A stretch of DNA of 64,000 nucleotides, taken from the NCBI RefSeq assembly GCF_964213995.1, contig NC_135811.1, positions 77,438,001 to 77,502,000 on the forward strand, written 5' to 3'. A program made the position numbers and the translations under genes. Positions 25,736 through 37,310 of the stretch are shown here, piece by piece. How positions within the stretch are numbered: position 1 is the first letter of the stretch; every line of letters starts with the position of its first letter. This DNA comes from Mustelus asterias (Eukaryota). The notes beneath the pieces are model-generated. The model saw only the letters and a list, made by a program, of their open reading frames with translations. It was not told where the DNA came from and made no database searches.

Positions 25736-28700
25736 AAAGGTGGGTAGAATCTACGTGTCTGCACTAGTAGGGGGCAGACAATGTGAAATGCTGGTGGACA
25801 CAGGAGCCTCCATATCAATCACCAATCTACCCTTGTCCATCACTAATAAAATGATCTGTGTAAGAGGAATTAATGGACAGAAGACCCCTGCCTACTTAAG
25901 CGAAACCACCCTAGTAGAAATTAATAACCTGTATATACCTATGCGATTTTATTATGTAAAAATAATGAAGGAACTATTATGGGAAATGACCTGATGAAGG
26001 AGTACAAAGTCTTACTAGATTGCAGGAAGGGCGAATTGATTTGGCCCCGCCCCCATGGGAGAAAGGACAGGGTAGGAACATATGTAAACTATCTAGGAAC
26101 CGTCCATGCAGCATCTGCAACAGGACGCGACTGGCAGTTAGAAGATAATGGATTTGGTGCCATCTGCGCCTCTATCCCCGGGTATGGGCGGAAACGAAAC
26201 TAGATACTGGATTAGTCAAAACTGACCCCATAATAGTGGAAGGACCAGAACATAAACCACATCGACAATACCCGATTAAGCCCAAAGCCAAAAAGGCATT
26301 TGAGGAAATTGCGATGGGATTAGTAAAAAGGGGGATCCTACAGGAAACCACTAGTCCCACCAACTCCCCCACCTGGCCGGTGCCTAAACCGGACGGGAGC
26401 TATAGATTAACCATTGATTATACAGCTTTAAATAAAGTGACCCCCAAGCTACACCCCATCGTGGCTAGCCCCTCCACCATTTTAAACGGGTGGTCACCAT
26501 CCCATGGAATCTTTACAGTATTAGATATCACCAACGGATTTTAGTCCATTCCCCTGGATCCTAATTCACAAGATAAATTTGCATTTACCATAGGCGATAA
26601 ACAGTACACATGGACTAGGCTCCCGCAAGGCTTCCACAACAGCCCGGCTATATTTCACCGGGTAATGAGTAAGATATTAGAACAAGTAGAAGTCCCAAAA
26701 GGGAGCACAATTCTGCAGTATGTAGACAACATCTTAATAGCCTCCAAAACTAGAGCAGAACATCAGATGGCACTATACTCAGTCTTGAAGCACTTAGAAG
26801 AACAGGGACTAAAGGCGAGCCCCAGGAAGCCCCAAATAGGGAAAGCGCAGGTGTTATATTTGGGACACCTGATATCCCAGGGAACCAAAGAAATGCCAGT
26901 GGACAGGGAAACAGCTATACAGCAAATGCCAAGACCAGTAACCGTCCAAGGGGTAAGGAAGGTTTTGGGATTGTTTAATTACAGCCGCGACTTTATACCG
27001 GAATTCGCCTGACTAACCGAACCAATACAAAGGCTAGTAAAAGGTGGGAAACCCACTCTAGAAGTTATAGAGTGGGGATCAGAACAGGAAGAGGCATGTA
27101 GCAAACTAAAAGCAGAACTAATGACAGCTCCGGGACTTGGACTGCCTGACGCTGGTAAAGATTTTCACATCTATTGTAATAATGAAGGGGGATATTACTC
27201 GGCAGTAGTCATACAGGTCCATGGGGATAAGCAGTGACCCATGGGTTATTATTCCACAGCGGAGGGCCCCGTAGTAACCGGGTTACCCAGATGTATAGCC
27301 ACACTGGATTGCGCTGCAGGGGCAGTAAAGATCAGCGAGCCCATTGTAATGACGGGGAATATTGTCTTGCACGCCATACATACCTTGGTGGAAATGCTGA
27401 ACACAGGAAAATTACAGTCTGTCTCAAATATGAGAAGGGCGAAGCGGGAGGCAGTGCTTCTCCCACCCACTAAGTCCATCACCATTGTACGAGATATGGG
27501 AACGAACCCCGCAGAAGGAATGTTAGGTGAAGGGAACCCACACAACGTGTGGGGACGTAGATGAAGAGGTAGAGGAAGGTAGAATAAAGGATGTGCTCCT
27601 GGAGGCACCAGATATTGTCCTGTTTGTGGATAGATCATGGAAATATGTAGATGGGTCACCATGAACAGGATGAACAGTAGTGAATGCGCACTTACTAATT
27701 GTTCAAGCAGGAAGGATAGAGGGAGGCATGTCAGTGCAAGTGGCGGAACTAGTAGCCTTAACTCAGGCTTTTACCGAGGCGGTGGGGAAAATGGTCAACA
27801 TTCACACCAATAGTAGATATGCATTCGGAATTGTGCATGTCTATATGACCGTTTGGGGGAGAAGGGGATTTGTCACAATGGGAGGCACTACAATTAAACA
27901 TGGCCAGATAATAGCAACCTTACTGGAAGCCAGCAACCTCCCATCGGAAACCACGGTATTGAAGGTAAAGGCGCACCAAAAGGAACCAGACATGCAAAGT
28001 CCTGAGTGGCATATCTTTAAGGGAAACCAGGCAGCCGACATAGCGGCATGATCTGCCTTGGAAGCAAGGGAAATGCAAGCCTTGCCGGCTGCCTCGGCCA
28101 AAGTCGAACCCCCGATAGACATCTCACAGCTACATGCTGATACCCCTGAAGAAGAACGTGCGAGTTGGAAAGCTCAAGGAGCTACACCTGATGGAGGGGG
28201 GATATGGAGATTAAATGATAAAGTTCTAGCGCCAGAATGTATCCAGCATACTCTGATGCGGTTACATCATGGGCTGTTGCATGTGGGAAGGGATACCATG
28301 ATGACCAGTATGGGGAAGGAATGGTCGTGGAAAGGAATGGGATGGGACATTGCCCGGTATTGTCACCGGTGCATAACCTTTGCACAGTATAACCCCGGAA
28401 GAGCCGTAAAAATCAAGATGGGACACCAGCCCCACCCTAAATGTCCCTGGGAACATCTACAAATCGACTTTACAGGGCCTCTTCCGCAGTCACATGGGAG
28501 AACCTACTGCTTGGTAATAATTGACCAATTCACCAGATGGGTAGAAGCATTTCCAATGAAAAACTGTTCTGCCACTACAGTGGCAAGAATACTAGCTGAG
28601 GAAGTTATCCCAAGATGGGGGGGTGCCTTTGCAAATAGACTCCGATCAAGGCACACACTTTACGGGGAAGGTAGTAAAAACTATATGTCAACTGATGGGG

Positions 28701-29270
28701 ATAAAACAGAAATTTCACATACCCTACCACCCTCAAAGCTCAGGAATGGTGGAACATATGAATAGGACACTTAAGACCTCCCTGGCAAAGGCCATGCAGG
28801 AATCAGGGAAGAGATGGACAGAAGTATTACCCGCCATATTAATGAAACTCAGAGCCACCACAAATCGGACCACTGGGCTGACACCATATGAGCTAATGAC
28901 CGGAAGGGCTATGCAACTGCCCAAGTCCATCATTACCCGAGGGGCAGATGTAGGCCCATTACGGGACAGGATTAGACGATATGTATTAGAATTAAGCTCG
29001 CAATTAAAAGATATGTGGAAAACAGTACGGGACAAACAAATAGCGGTAGATGAGCACAATGAACTAGAACAGACCCCGGAGTTACCCCCGGCGGGCAGCA
29101 AGGTTATGGTAAAAACATTACCTGGAAAACCTGGGTTCGCCCCCAAATGGAATGGCATCAGTGGAGACACCTGTGCCTGCATAGATATGCAAGGCAGGGG
29201 CATCTGGAAACATTGGACTCAGTTGAAAGAATACACTGGCACCAATTGGAAAACATGTAATGTGCTCAAT
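25736..29270 (+). pseudogene. pol: ERV pro-pol (protease, RT, RNase H, integrase) with stops and frameshifts
   Basis: Protease LVDTGAS...GNDL; RT NSPTWPVPKPDGSYRLTIDY, WTRLPQGFHNSP, LQYVDN; RNase H QVAELVAL, NSRYAFG, VKAH, GNQAADIAA; integrase LQIDFTG, IDSDQGTHF, SSGMVEHMN. Confidence 0.93.
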
Positions 29271-29996
29271 TCACAGATACGTGAGACGGCTGACCTCCAA
29301 GCAAGCTGAACAGGTTCGTGGGAAGTTGCGCGCGGGCAATATAGCCTTGGAACCATTGTATAACGGTCACGCAGATTATTAGTAAGTGATAAGATGCTTC
29401 TCATGCTGCTTCCCGCGACCCTGGCCCTGTTAGCCATAGCGGGAAAGTATAGATGGAATTATGAGGATTTAGCGATGAAGCACCATGAAGTAACAATGAC
29501 TCTGTCTATTGTATGAACACCTTTGTGTATATGTCTTATCTGTATGCATCACAATCAAATCTGAGCAAGTGCTGGGTCTGTTCACACATTCCCACGCACG
29601 GAGGAAAGGGAGGAAATCCTTTATTCCCTATCCCCTTATCAGCTCTGGGAATGATAGAATGGATTTTAAATCAGAATGGAACCCAGGAAGGGACAAGGAA
29701 ACTGACATTCAAAACCCCATCGGGTACAACCATGCAGAGTACGTTTAATATCAGTAACAGTGATGTTGTTTTAGGGCTAGAGGGTGGAGGGTGCACTTTA
29801 TCGACCTTTAAGAAACATTACCAACCCAGCTATGACAGATCAGATTCCCCACCCAACTTCGTTGTGAAAAATCAACAAAGGGGATCTATCTGCCTGACAA
29901 GAAATGGAACCATACCTGTTGGCTGGAGCTACTGTATACAGTAAGAGTTTTAACAACACCAAGTTAAAGTCCAACAGGTATATTTGGTAGCAAATA

Positions 29997-30033
29997 CCAT
30001 TAGCTTTCAGAGCGCTGCTCCTTCGTCAGATGG
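29997..30033 (-). ncRNA. Minimal type I hammerhead ribozyme motif
   Basis: Minus strand CCAT-CTGACGA-aGGAGcagcgCTCT-GAAA-GC-TA-ATGG: core intact, stem I CCAT/ATGG, stem II, AGCT stem III. Confidence 0.72.
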
Positions 30034-30191
30034 AGTGGAAATGTGCTCTCAAACAGAGCATAGAGACACAAAATCAAGTTACAGAACTTGTTACAAGTTA
30101 CAAAATCAAGTTACAGAACTTGTTACAAGTTACAGAACTTCTGTAACTTGATTTTGTGTCTCTGTGCCCTGTTTGAGAGCACATTTCCACT

Positions 30192-30228
30192 CCATCTGAC
30201 GAAGGAGCAGCGCTCCGAAAGTTAATGG
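30192..30228 (+). ncRNA. Minimal type I hammerhead ribozyme motif
   Basis: CCAT-CTGACGA-aGGAGcagcgCTCC-GAAA-GT-TA-ATGG; one change in stem III. Confidence 0.65.
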
Positions 30229-31255
30229 TATTTGTTACCAAATAAACCTGTTGGACTTTAACCTGGTGTTGTTAAAACTCTTACTGTCTTCACCCCAGTC
30301 CAACGCTGGCATCTCCACATCATGGCTACTGTATACAGCAGATTAATGTCACTAATGACGCTTGGGCCATGGTACAACAGGTCACAATCCAGTGCCCCAC
30401 ATGCACTGTCCCGGTTAGCCTCCCCTCCGCTTATGTAAGCAGGATGACTGCATATAATGGTACCTATTTTGTCTGTGGAAACAGTGCCTACCCGTGGCTT
30501 CCCTGGAATTGGGCAGGATCGTGTTATTTGGCATATGTGGCGCCCGATATTCACCAATACACTGACTTACGGGACCACCCCAAGATACACCTGCTTAGGG
30601 TTAAGCGAGCCATTAGTGAGACAGAATGGTTCTTCATGATAGCCTACCCACTTTATGGGACGGCAAAGGCAGCACAGGAACTTATACAGATGGCCTCGAC
30701 CCTAGAGAAAATTGCAAATGAGACTAAAGATGGGTTCGAGGAGGTGAGCACGGCCGTCTCTGAAGCATCAACAGAGGTTGTAGCTATTCGGACTGTGGCG
30801 CTACAGAACCGATTGGCACTCAATTATGTGCTAGCCTCCAAAGGAGGAATATGCGCTATAGTTGGCTCCGAATGCTGACCGTATATTCCAGATGCTTTGA
30901 AGAATATAACTCGCTTGGCAGATCTTATTAAACACGTGGCGAAAACAGGATGAGGGGAACCAATATCACAATTATAGCCCCCCAGGCTGGCTGGGGCAAT
31001 GGTTTGGGTCATGGGGTTCATACCTGAGGCATGGATTGATTATATTAATTGTAATTATAATTGCTTGCTGTGTTTGTATGGCATTATTGAACGCCTGTTG
31101 TAAAATGGTAACAGCGCGGATTATGCCAGGCGCAAGTGTACACGCAGAGGGGGCAGACCTCCTGACAAAGGAGCTGGGCCCATATGCTGATAACATTTGG
31201 TTCTGAATTGGTCCTGGGGCCATGCTTGGGCCTGGCCCTGATCAAAAGGGGGGAA

Positions 31256-31946
31256 TGAAGACGGGAATGGGTTAATGGACTTTGTAATACTTAGAGATTT
31301 GTAAAAAGCATTTTCGAACTTGTTTTCGTGTCTGTAGAACTTGTTTTCATGTATCCAAAAACAGATAAGAGAAGCAGCTGTCCCTGCTGTTGTACACAAG
31401 CTTATGATTTTCCCAGCTAGCTGTGTTCAGGAATGTGGCTAACCCAGCTAGTATCTATTTTGTGTTCTCTTATATTATGTACTTCTGTTTAACACGGTGG
31501 AGCTTACATGCATGCCTTCTGTGATCGTATAATAATAGATTCATATATATTTATTATATACTATTTATCCTTACTGATATAAATTGTTATATAGGCCCCT
31601 GTAACTTCAGTTACCTTGTTTGTGCAAACTTATAATCTTGTATGCTAGATAAACAAACCACAGATGTCCGCCACATGGAGGCGACAGAACAGACAGTCGC
31701 AGCCTTGGGATGGCTACAATTACACGGACTACGCGAAGGACAGAACCGCCGAGGCAGCAATAATCATGAGAAAATGTGGACATGACCAGGGGTGAAAATA
31801 TATGTCTAAATATCTGCTCTTAACTTGTATTCGGGGAGAAGTCCAGAGAACCGCTTTAGGAATCGGAATTCTCCCACAAGCTTGTGAAAATAAACCACTG
31901 TACTTTGACTCACGACTAGTCTCAGAGGTATTATTTACTGACAACA
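31256..31946 (+). repeat. ERV 3' LTR
   Basis: 691 bp, about 30 differences from the 5' LTR by eye; followed by the GTTAC TSD. Confidence 0.95.
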
Positions 31947-32575
31947 GTTACTGACTATGAAGCTTAGCTGTCCATTCAGGGTGGCACTCTAACACAATCA
32001 TTAAATGTTCAGGGGAGACTAAATAGTTTGTTGGCGATCAGTCGTCCAGATGTGACCTGATTGTTTTAGGGGGAATGCATCTCCTGATAATGTAACGCTT
32101 CCATTTGGGAAGGGAGGGGTTTCCACTGGGAATTCATCTCAATGCCCTGTCTACAGATTGTTGATCATCTCTTGGCAAGAAATGGCATCATGTAAAGATT
32201 TTGTGAAATCCAATGAAACGTTGACCATTAATGAGCACAATTTCTTGAAATTTCCTTCAGTGCGAGATTGCTTTGCTCCACTGTGTCTTTTTGGAGCACT
32301 TGCTATTATGCATTAAACAATATCATTTAAAAAATATGCATGCTATTTTATATATATGTAGTGAAGAGAGAAATCTGCATTGCCCACATTATTGACATTT
32401 CTCACTATATTTTTGGCCATCGGGGATTTTCCATTGCGTGTTGTATTTCACCCCATCATCGACACAACATTTCACAGTAAGTTAATTGCAGTGTTAATGC
32501 AAGTCTTACTTGTGACTAATAAATAAACATTAAAAAAATGTAGGATATGTTTTTTGACAGACATTTGCCCTATGC

Positions 32576-33775
32576 CAGTGGAGGGCATAGAAGGTCTGCA
32601 GAGAGATTTGGACAGGCTGAGTGAGTAGGCGAGGATCTGGCAGATGGAGTATAACGTTAACAAATGCGAGGTTATTCACTTTGGTAGAAATAATAGCAAA
32701 TTGGATTATTAAATAAATGGAAAGAAATTACAACATGCTGCTGTGCAGAGGGACCTGGGGGTCCTTGTGCATGAGACGCAAAAACCCAGTCTGCAGGTGC
32801 AACAGGTGATCAAGAAGGCAAATGGGATGTTGGCCTATATCGCAAGGGGGATAGAATATAAAAGCAGGGATGTCTTGCTGCATCTGTACAGGGCATTGGT
32901 GGGGCTGCAGCTGGAATACTGTGTGCAGTATTGGTCCCCTTATTTGCGGAAGGATATATTGGCCTTGGAGGGCATGCAGAGAAGGTTCACCAGGTTGATA
33001 CCAGAGATGAGGGGTGTTGATTATGAGGAGAGACTGAGCAGATTGGGTTTGTACTCATTGGAATTTAGAAGGCTGAGGGGGGATCTTATAGAGACCTATA
33101 AGATAATGAAGGGGCTGGATAGGGTAGAGGCAGAGAGATTCTTTCCACTTAGAAAGGAAACTAGAACTAGAGGACACAGCCTCAAAATAAAGGGGGGGTC
33201 AGTTTAGGACAGAGTTGAGGAGGAACTTCTTCTCTCAGAGGGTGGTGAATCTCTGGAATTCTCTGCCCACTGAAGTGGTGGAGGCTACCTCGTTGAATAT
33301 GTTTAAATCATGGATAGATGGATTCCTGATCGGTAAGGGAATTAGGGGTTATAGGGATCAGGCGGGTAAGTGGAACTGGTCCACTTCAGATCAGCCATGA
33401 TCTTATTGAATGGCGGGGCAGGCTCGAGGGGCTAGATGGCCTACTCCTGCTCCTATTTCTTATGTTCTTCCCAAAGGGTACAGCGCGCCACACTGGTGCG
33501 GCAAGAGAGGATGGCAAGTGTGGCGGGAAGATTCAAGGACAATCAAAGAAACATTTAAACATGGATTAGATATTTTTCCAAAGGGATTGTTTTATACTTT
33601 CTGGATGTCCCATGATCATATTATAAAGTAGTTGTGTTCTATGTTATGAATCAAACACTGCTAGGAGTTGTTTTTTGGTTTTGAATATATTTCTTATCAA
33701 TAAAAAATTCGGTGTGGCGCGAGCAAATTTTTATTCCGAAAGTGCGGCCCAGTGAAAAAAGTTTGGGAACCACTG
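32576..33775. mobile_element. hAT-type MITE with a CR1 inserted in its left TIR
   Basis: 8-bp TSD CCCTATGC (32568-32575 and 33776-33783); TIR CAGTGG[CR1]TTCCCAAA ... TTTGGGAACCACTG. Confidence 0.8.
32582..33468 (+). mobile_element. CR1-like LINE 3' fragment
   Basis: QRDLGVLVH...LEYCVQYWSPYLRKDILALEGMQRRFTRLIP...RRNFFSQRVVNLWNSLP; TCTTATGTTCT tail. Confidence 0.9.
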
Positions 33776-35250
33776 CCCTATGCAGTCGAGAATGTCGGTG
33801 GATAGTTGAAAAACCAACTGAGCACAGCGCTCCACAAACATTCCCAATACTCAACAGTGCAGCAAACATGACAGCGCGAAATAGAGACTCATTGTTGCCT
33901 CTTCCTATTGGATATGCCAAGTAGATTAACTGTTTTGCAGGTTTCAGCTGGACCTGCTGATCGCATCTCTCTAAATTCTATCCTCGTTTGGAAGTCATTA
34001 CCCACCTGATCCTATATTTTCCTCAATATCTAAACAGCTGTAAGTTTGGAAGTGAAATTCGTTCCTCGCTATTTGATGGCGAGGAAAGAAAGACAGGAAG
34101 TATCAGGAAAAGTTAACATTCACCCGATAGATCCTGCCAGAAGAGTGGAGAGGGTAAAGGAGAATCAGGCGGGAGACCCAAGAGTTGCTGTGTCACCTTG
34201 ACCTGAAATCTCTCACAATGATTCAGTGAGAGAGTAACATTGGTCCTCTGGTCATTAAACCTATTTTAAATGTTCAATGAGGCTGGAGTTAGAAGTTAAA
34301 CTTCAAGCATCGTGTCTTTATATTAACATTGGTGTCTCTACAAAGAAGCAAGTTTCAATTGGTTAAGTTCGTGAGTAAGTGAGCCAAACATGCCAGGAAT
34401 GTTTCCAAAGTCAACATCAATATGATTACTGCTCTTGGCTGTAATTGTGACAGCTGAGTTATAATTGGTTGTGAGGTAAAGAGTGGTAAATTACCCAGTA
34501 TTGTATACAGTTTCTGCACATTATCACTTGTCAAATTATCACACTGATGCATTTTTGCATTCGTTACGTGTGTGTTGTATGAGAATAATTCAGGACCCAC
34601 AAAACTCTCTGCTCACTAACCAGTCACACGCATTCACTTTGGTCTGTGCTTGTGAAATATCAGAGTCTGAGCACTTAGCTCCATAATAAATGATTGTCTG
34701 CTGGGGAGGAATGAGGGAGGCAGACACTTGGCTAAAAGGGGAGAGTGGAAGCAACTCAAAACCGCAATCCCCGATTGGCAGCCCATTGGTTTTCAGTGGA
34801 AGTCAAATTGCATCATTCCGTCGAGTTGTTTAGTGAATATTGAAAACAGATGAGCTTGCTCTAATTACACAGTCAGGACATTGCACCCTAAATCCTGGAG
34901 TTTAAATTAGCTTTCAGGATTTTTAGTGCAGCATCCAAAATGGCAATAAATCAATTCACTTCTCACCTTCCCCGCCCCATCAAACATCCCTGTTAGAACC
35001 CAGCCTTTTAAACCCCCAATCCAATTCCTAACAGACTAAACTGACTGTGAGCGCAGCATTTCCCAATATAAGGTGGTTCCGCATTTAGGAATCTTAAAAC
35101 ATATGAAATGATTTTTTAAAATGAATTGCTTATCAAAATCTGGCCAACAAAGAGGCAACAGATGTAAAATTTTGGGTAACATCTGTCCAGCTTTTAATGT
35201 CGAAGTATAGGTTTGCATCCTAATTTATTAGAGAGAAAATTCATTCTTAA

Positions 35251-35380
35251 TTAAGCAGAAAGTGAAAAAGGTTTCGAATGAAGAAGTCGTTTCTGGAAAC
35301 AAGTTAAAAGATTCCCTGAAAACACACCGCGGTTAGAAGCAAAATCGATTCGTTTTGTAACGTCAAAGGAATATCCTGGT
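35251..35380 (+). promoter_or_regulatory. IFN promoter block, copy 5
   Basis: GAAAGTGAAA at 35258-35267 plus the same downstream motifs. Confidence 0.7.
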
Positions 35381-35518
35381 TCATACCTTCAAATGGACAC
35401 AATGGATGAATATTCCTTTCAATCCAGCAGCGAAGGAGTTCAGCTGGTGTTAACATTGTGTTCGGCACTGAACCCGGATCCAGTCACTTTCTGTGATTTC
35501 TAATCGCTGCTTTAAAAC

Positions 35519-37310
35519 ATGTTTGTTCCGAGTGTTTGCGGGCTGTGGATTTTGTTAATCTGGCTACCCGGGATCCTGAGCCAGGATTGCCAGCGGCTGC
35601 AGTTACAGCAAGTCCTTAACAAGAATGCTCAAAGGTCCCTGAGGGACATGGTGAGTTTATACAGAGATCCGGGGATTCGAGTGTACAATCCTAACTCGCA
35701 CCTTCTCGGGATAATCTCCTGTCGAGGAATTGTTGAGATTAAATCTGTTCTCTTCCAAAAGTGTAGAGCATCTCCTTGATGGAATGCGCATTAAAGTGTT
35801 AAAATATAGAAGGAAGTGTGTGGAAATGTGAAACACTTTTCACTGAGTGTTTCAGTTGGATGGTCAGTAAAATATTTAAGCAAGTTGTGGAATGACTGTG
35901 CTGGTTTTGGGAGCAAATTTCTGAGAGTAAGGATCGCTTGTGAAATGTGAGCTTGGAGCCCGTTCTGACAGTCATTCTGTCCTGTTGCAGGGAGGTCCCT
36001 TCCCATTCCAGTGTATGGCAACGAGAGAATCACTGAAAACCAAATCCCTGGACCTGCACCAGCTCATCAAGAGGTTACAGGCGAGTGTGCACTGTGTAAC
36101 CTGTCTGATCATTCTTTTAATACTGCCAGGTATAATAGATATGTGGGGAATGTATCCACACCCTCAACAGTAGAAATAAATAATGTTGAAGGCGAACGTG
36201 TTATTTTATTCGTTTGTGTAAGAATTAAAGTTTGTTGCTAAACCTTTTGGTTCGAAATGTTGGAGCCTTCGTATACTCTGGACGGGCCAACATTTCTTCT
36301 CTGTACTTACAGGAAGATGTTAGTTCGCTAATGTGAACATGTTAATTAGCCCACAACAGAATGTCAGGATCCAGTTCGGTATTAACTAATATTTCCAACT
36401 GCAACAACGAGGATGTGGTTTTTCATTCTGTCTGCTTACTTACCTACATTTGGAAAACCGTATTAAAATAAGAACTAACTGGATTGTGGTCCGTGTCTGT
36501 GAGTTATGCTCTTTTGCTCGCAGGCCAAAAGGGAACAGGTCCTTCTCTCTAATATCATTGTGTATATTTTGTACAGATAGGATCCAGCTTGTCTATCAAT
36601 CCCTGCCTTGTTTGGGGGGGGGGGGGGGACGGACGGATAAACTGAACTATAGTCAGTCTTTCTCCTCTCCACTTTCCCCAAATTGCTGACAGTATCAGAT
36701 TAGCTCGCCAAACGAGAAGATACCAGAAACCAGTTTGATGATGAATATTGTCAGCGGCAATTACGGTGCTAACTTTTAAATTCGAGTTTCTTACACACTT
36801 GCAGCTGCAGATGTCTATTAAAATAGTCAGTTAACTAAGAAACGTTTTCTCTAATGTCGTTGTATATATTTTGTCCAGACTCAGGACAGGATCCAGATTC
36901 TGCATCAAACCCTGCGCCACATCAACAAGATCTACAGCATGAATCTGGGCTCAGTCACATGGGCCCAGGACAAAGTGGAACATTTCCGGCTGCTCCTGGA
37001 TCGGCAGCTCAGTGAGCTGGAAGAATGTGTCAGGAACCCGGGATCCAGGCTGAGGAGGAACTCCACCATTCACAATTACTTTAGGAAACTGGAAAAGTTT
37101 CTCAAACAGCAGGTGGGACAATTGACTGTGATTACCGGCATGTAGTTTCTTTCACTCCATTGAAATCTGTTCATTCTCTAATCCATGTCCCTCAATGTTT
37201 CCATTTCTCAGGGATTCAGTGAGTGTGCCTGGGAAATAATCCGCACGGAGACCAGAGGCCGATTACAACAGCTCCTTCTCATAACGGCACAAATCAGCGG
37301 AAGCAATTAA
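35519..37310 (+). CDS. Type I interferon, copy 5 (4 exons, 184 aa; GC donor at intron 2)
   Basis: Exons 35519-35650, 35991-36080, 36879-37112, 37212-37310; open frame, but intron 2 starts CAG|GCGAGT rather than GTGAGT. Confidence 0.88.

Larger units (their letters stand above)
29942..30324. mobile_element. Inverted (palindromic) Penelope pLTR pair inserted in env
   Basis: 14-bp direct repeat GCTACTGTATACAG at 29928-29941 and 30325-30338; arms about 29938-30085 and 30139-30287 are reverse complements. Confidence 0.88.
29394..31195 (+). pseudogene. env: ERV env, gamma-type (disrupted)
   Basis: Signal peptide MLLMLLPATLALLAIAG, SU CWVC, furin site RVKR, immunosuppressive domain LQNRLALNYVLASKGG, CX6C(C to stop), TM anchor GLIILIVIIIACCVCMALL. 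Confidence 0.9.
23254..31946 (+). mobile_element. Full-length decayed endogenous retrovirus (provirus)
   Basis: TG...CA LTRs 23254-23942 and 31256-31946; 5-bp TSD GTTAC; PBS; PPT AAAAGGGGGGAA 31244-31255; gag-pro-pol-env order; empty site GATAGTTACTGACTG in the paralogous spacer at about 11123. Confidence 0.97.

Noticed and set aside
30060-30150. Short direct repeats that could be mistaken for a CRISPR array
   Set aside because: Vertebrate DNA, no unique spacers, no cas genes; this is the spacer of the Penelope palindrome.
30369-30878. Possible co-opted (syncytin-like) Env ORF
   Set aside because: Env is interrupted by the Penelope insert, has stops (including in CX6CC), and this fragment lacks a signal peptide.
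29394-31195. Lokiretrovirus assignment for the ERV
   Set aside because: Env shows gamma-type CXXC/ISD/CX6CC features rather than a paramyxovirus-F-like protein; final placement needs an RT tree.
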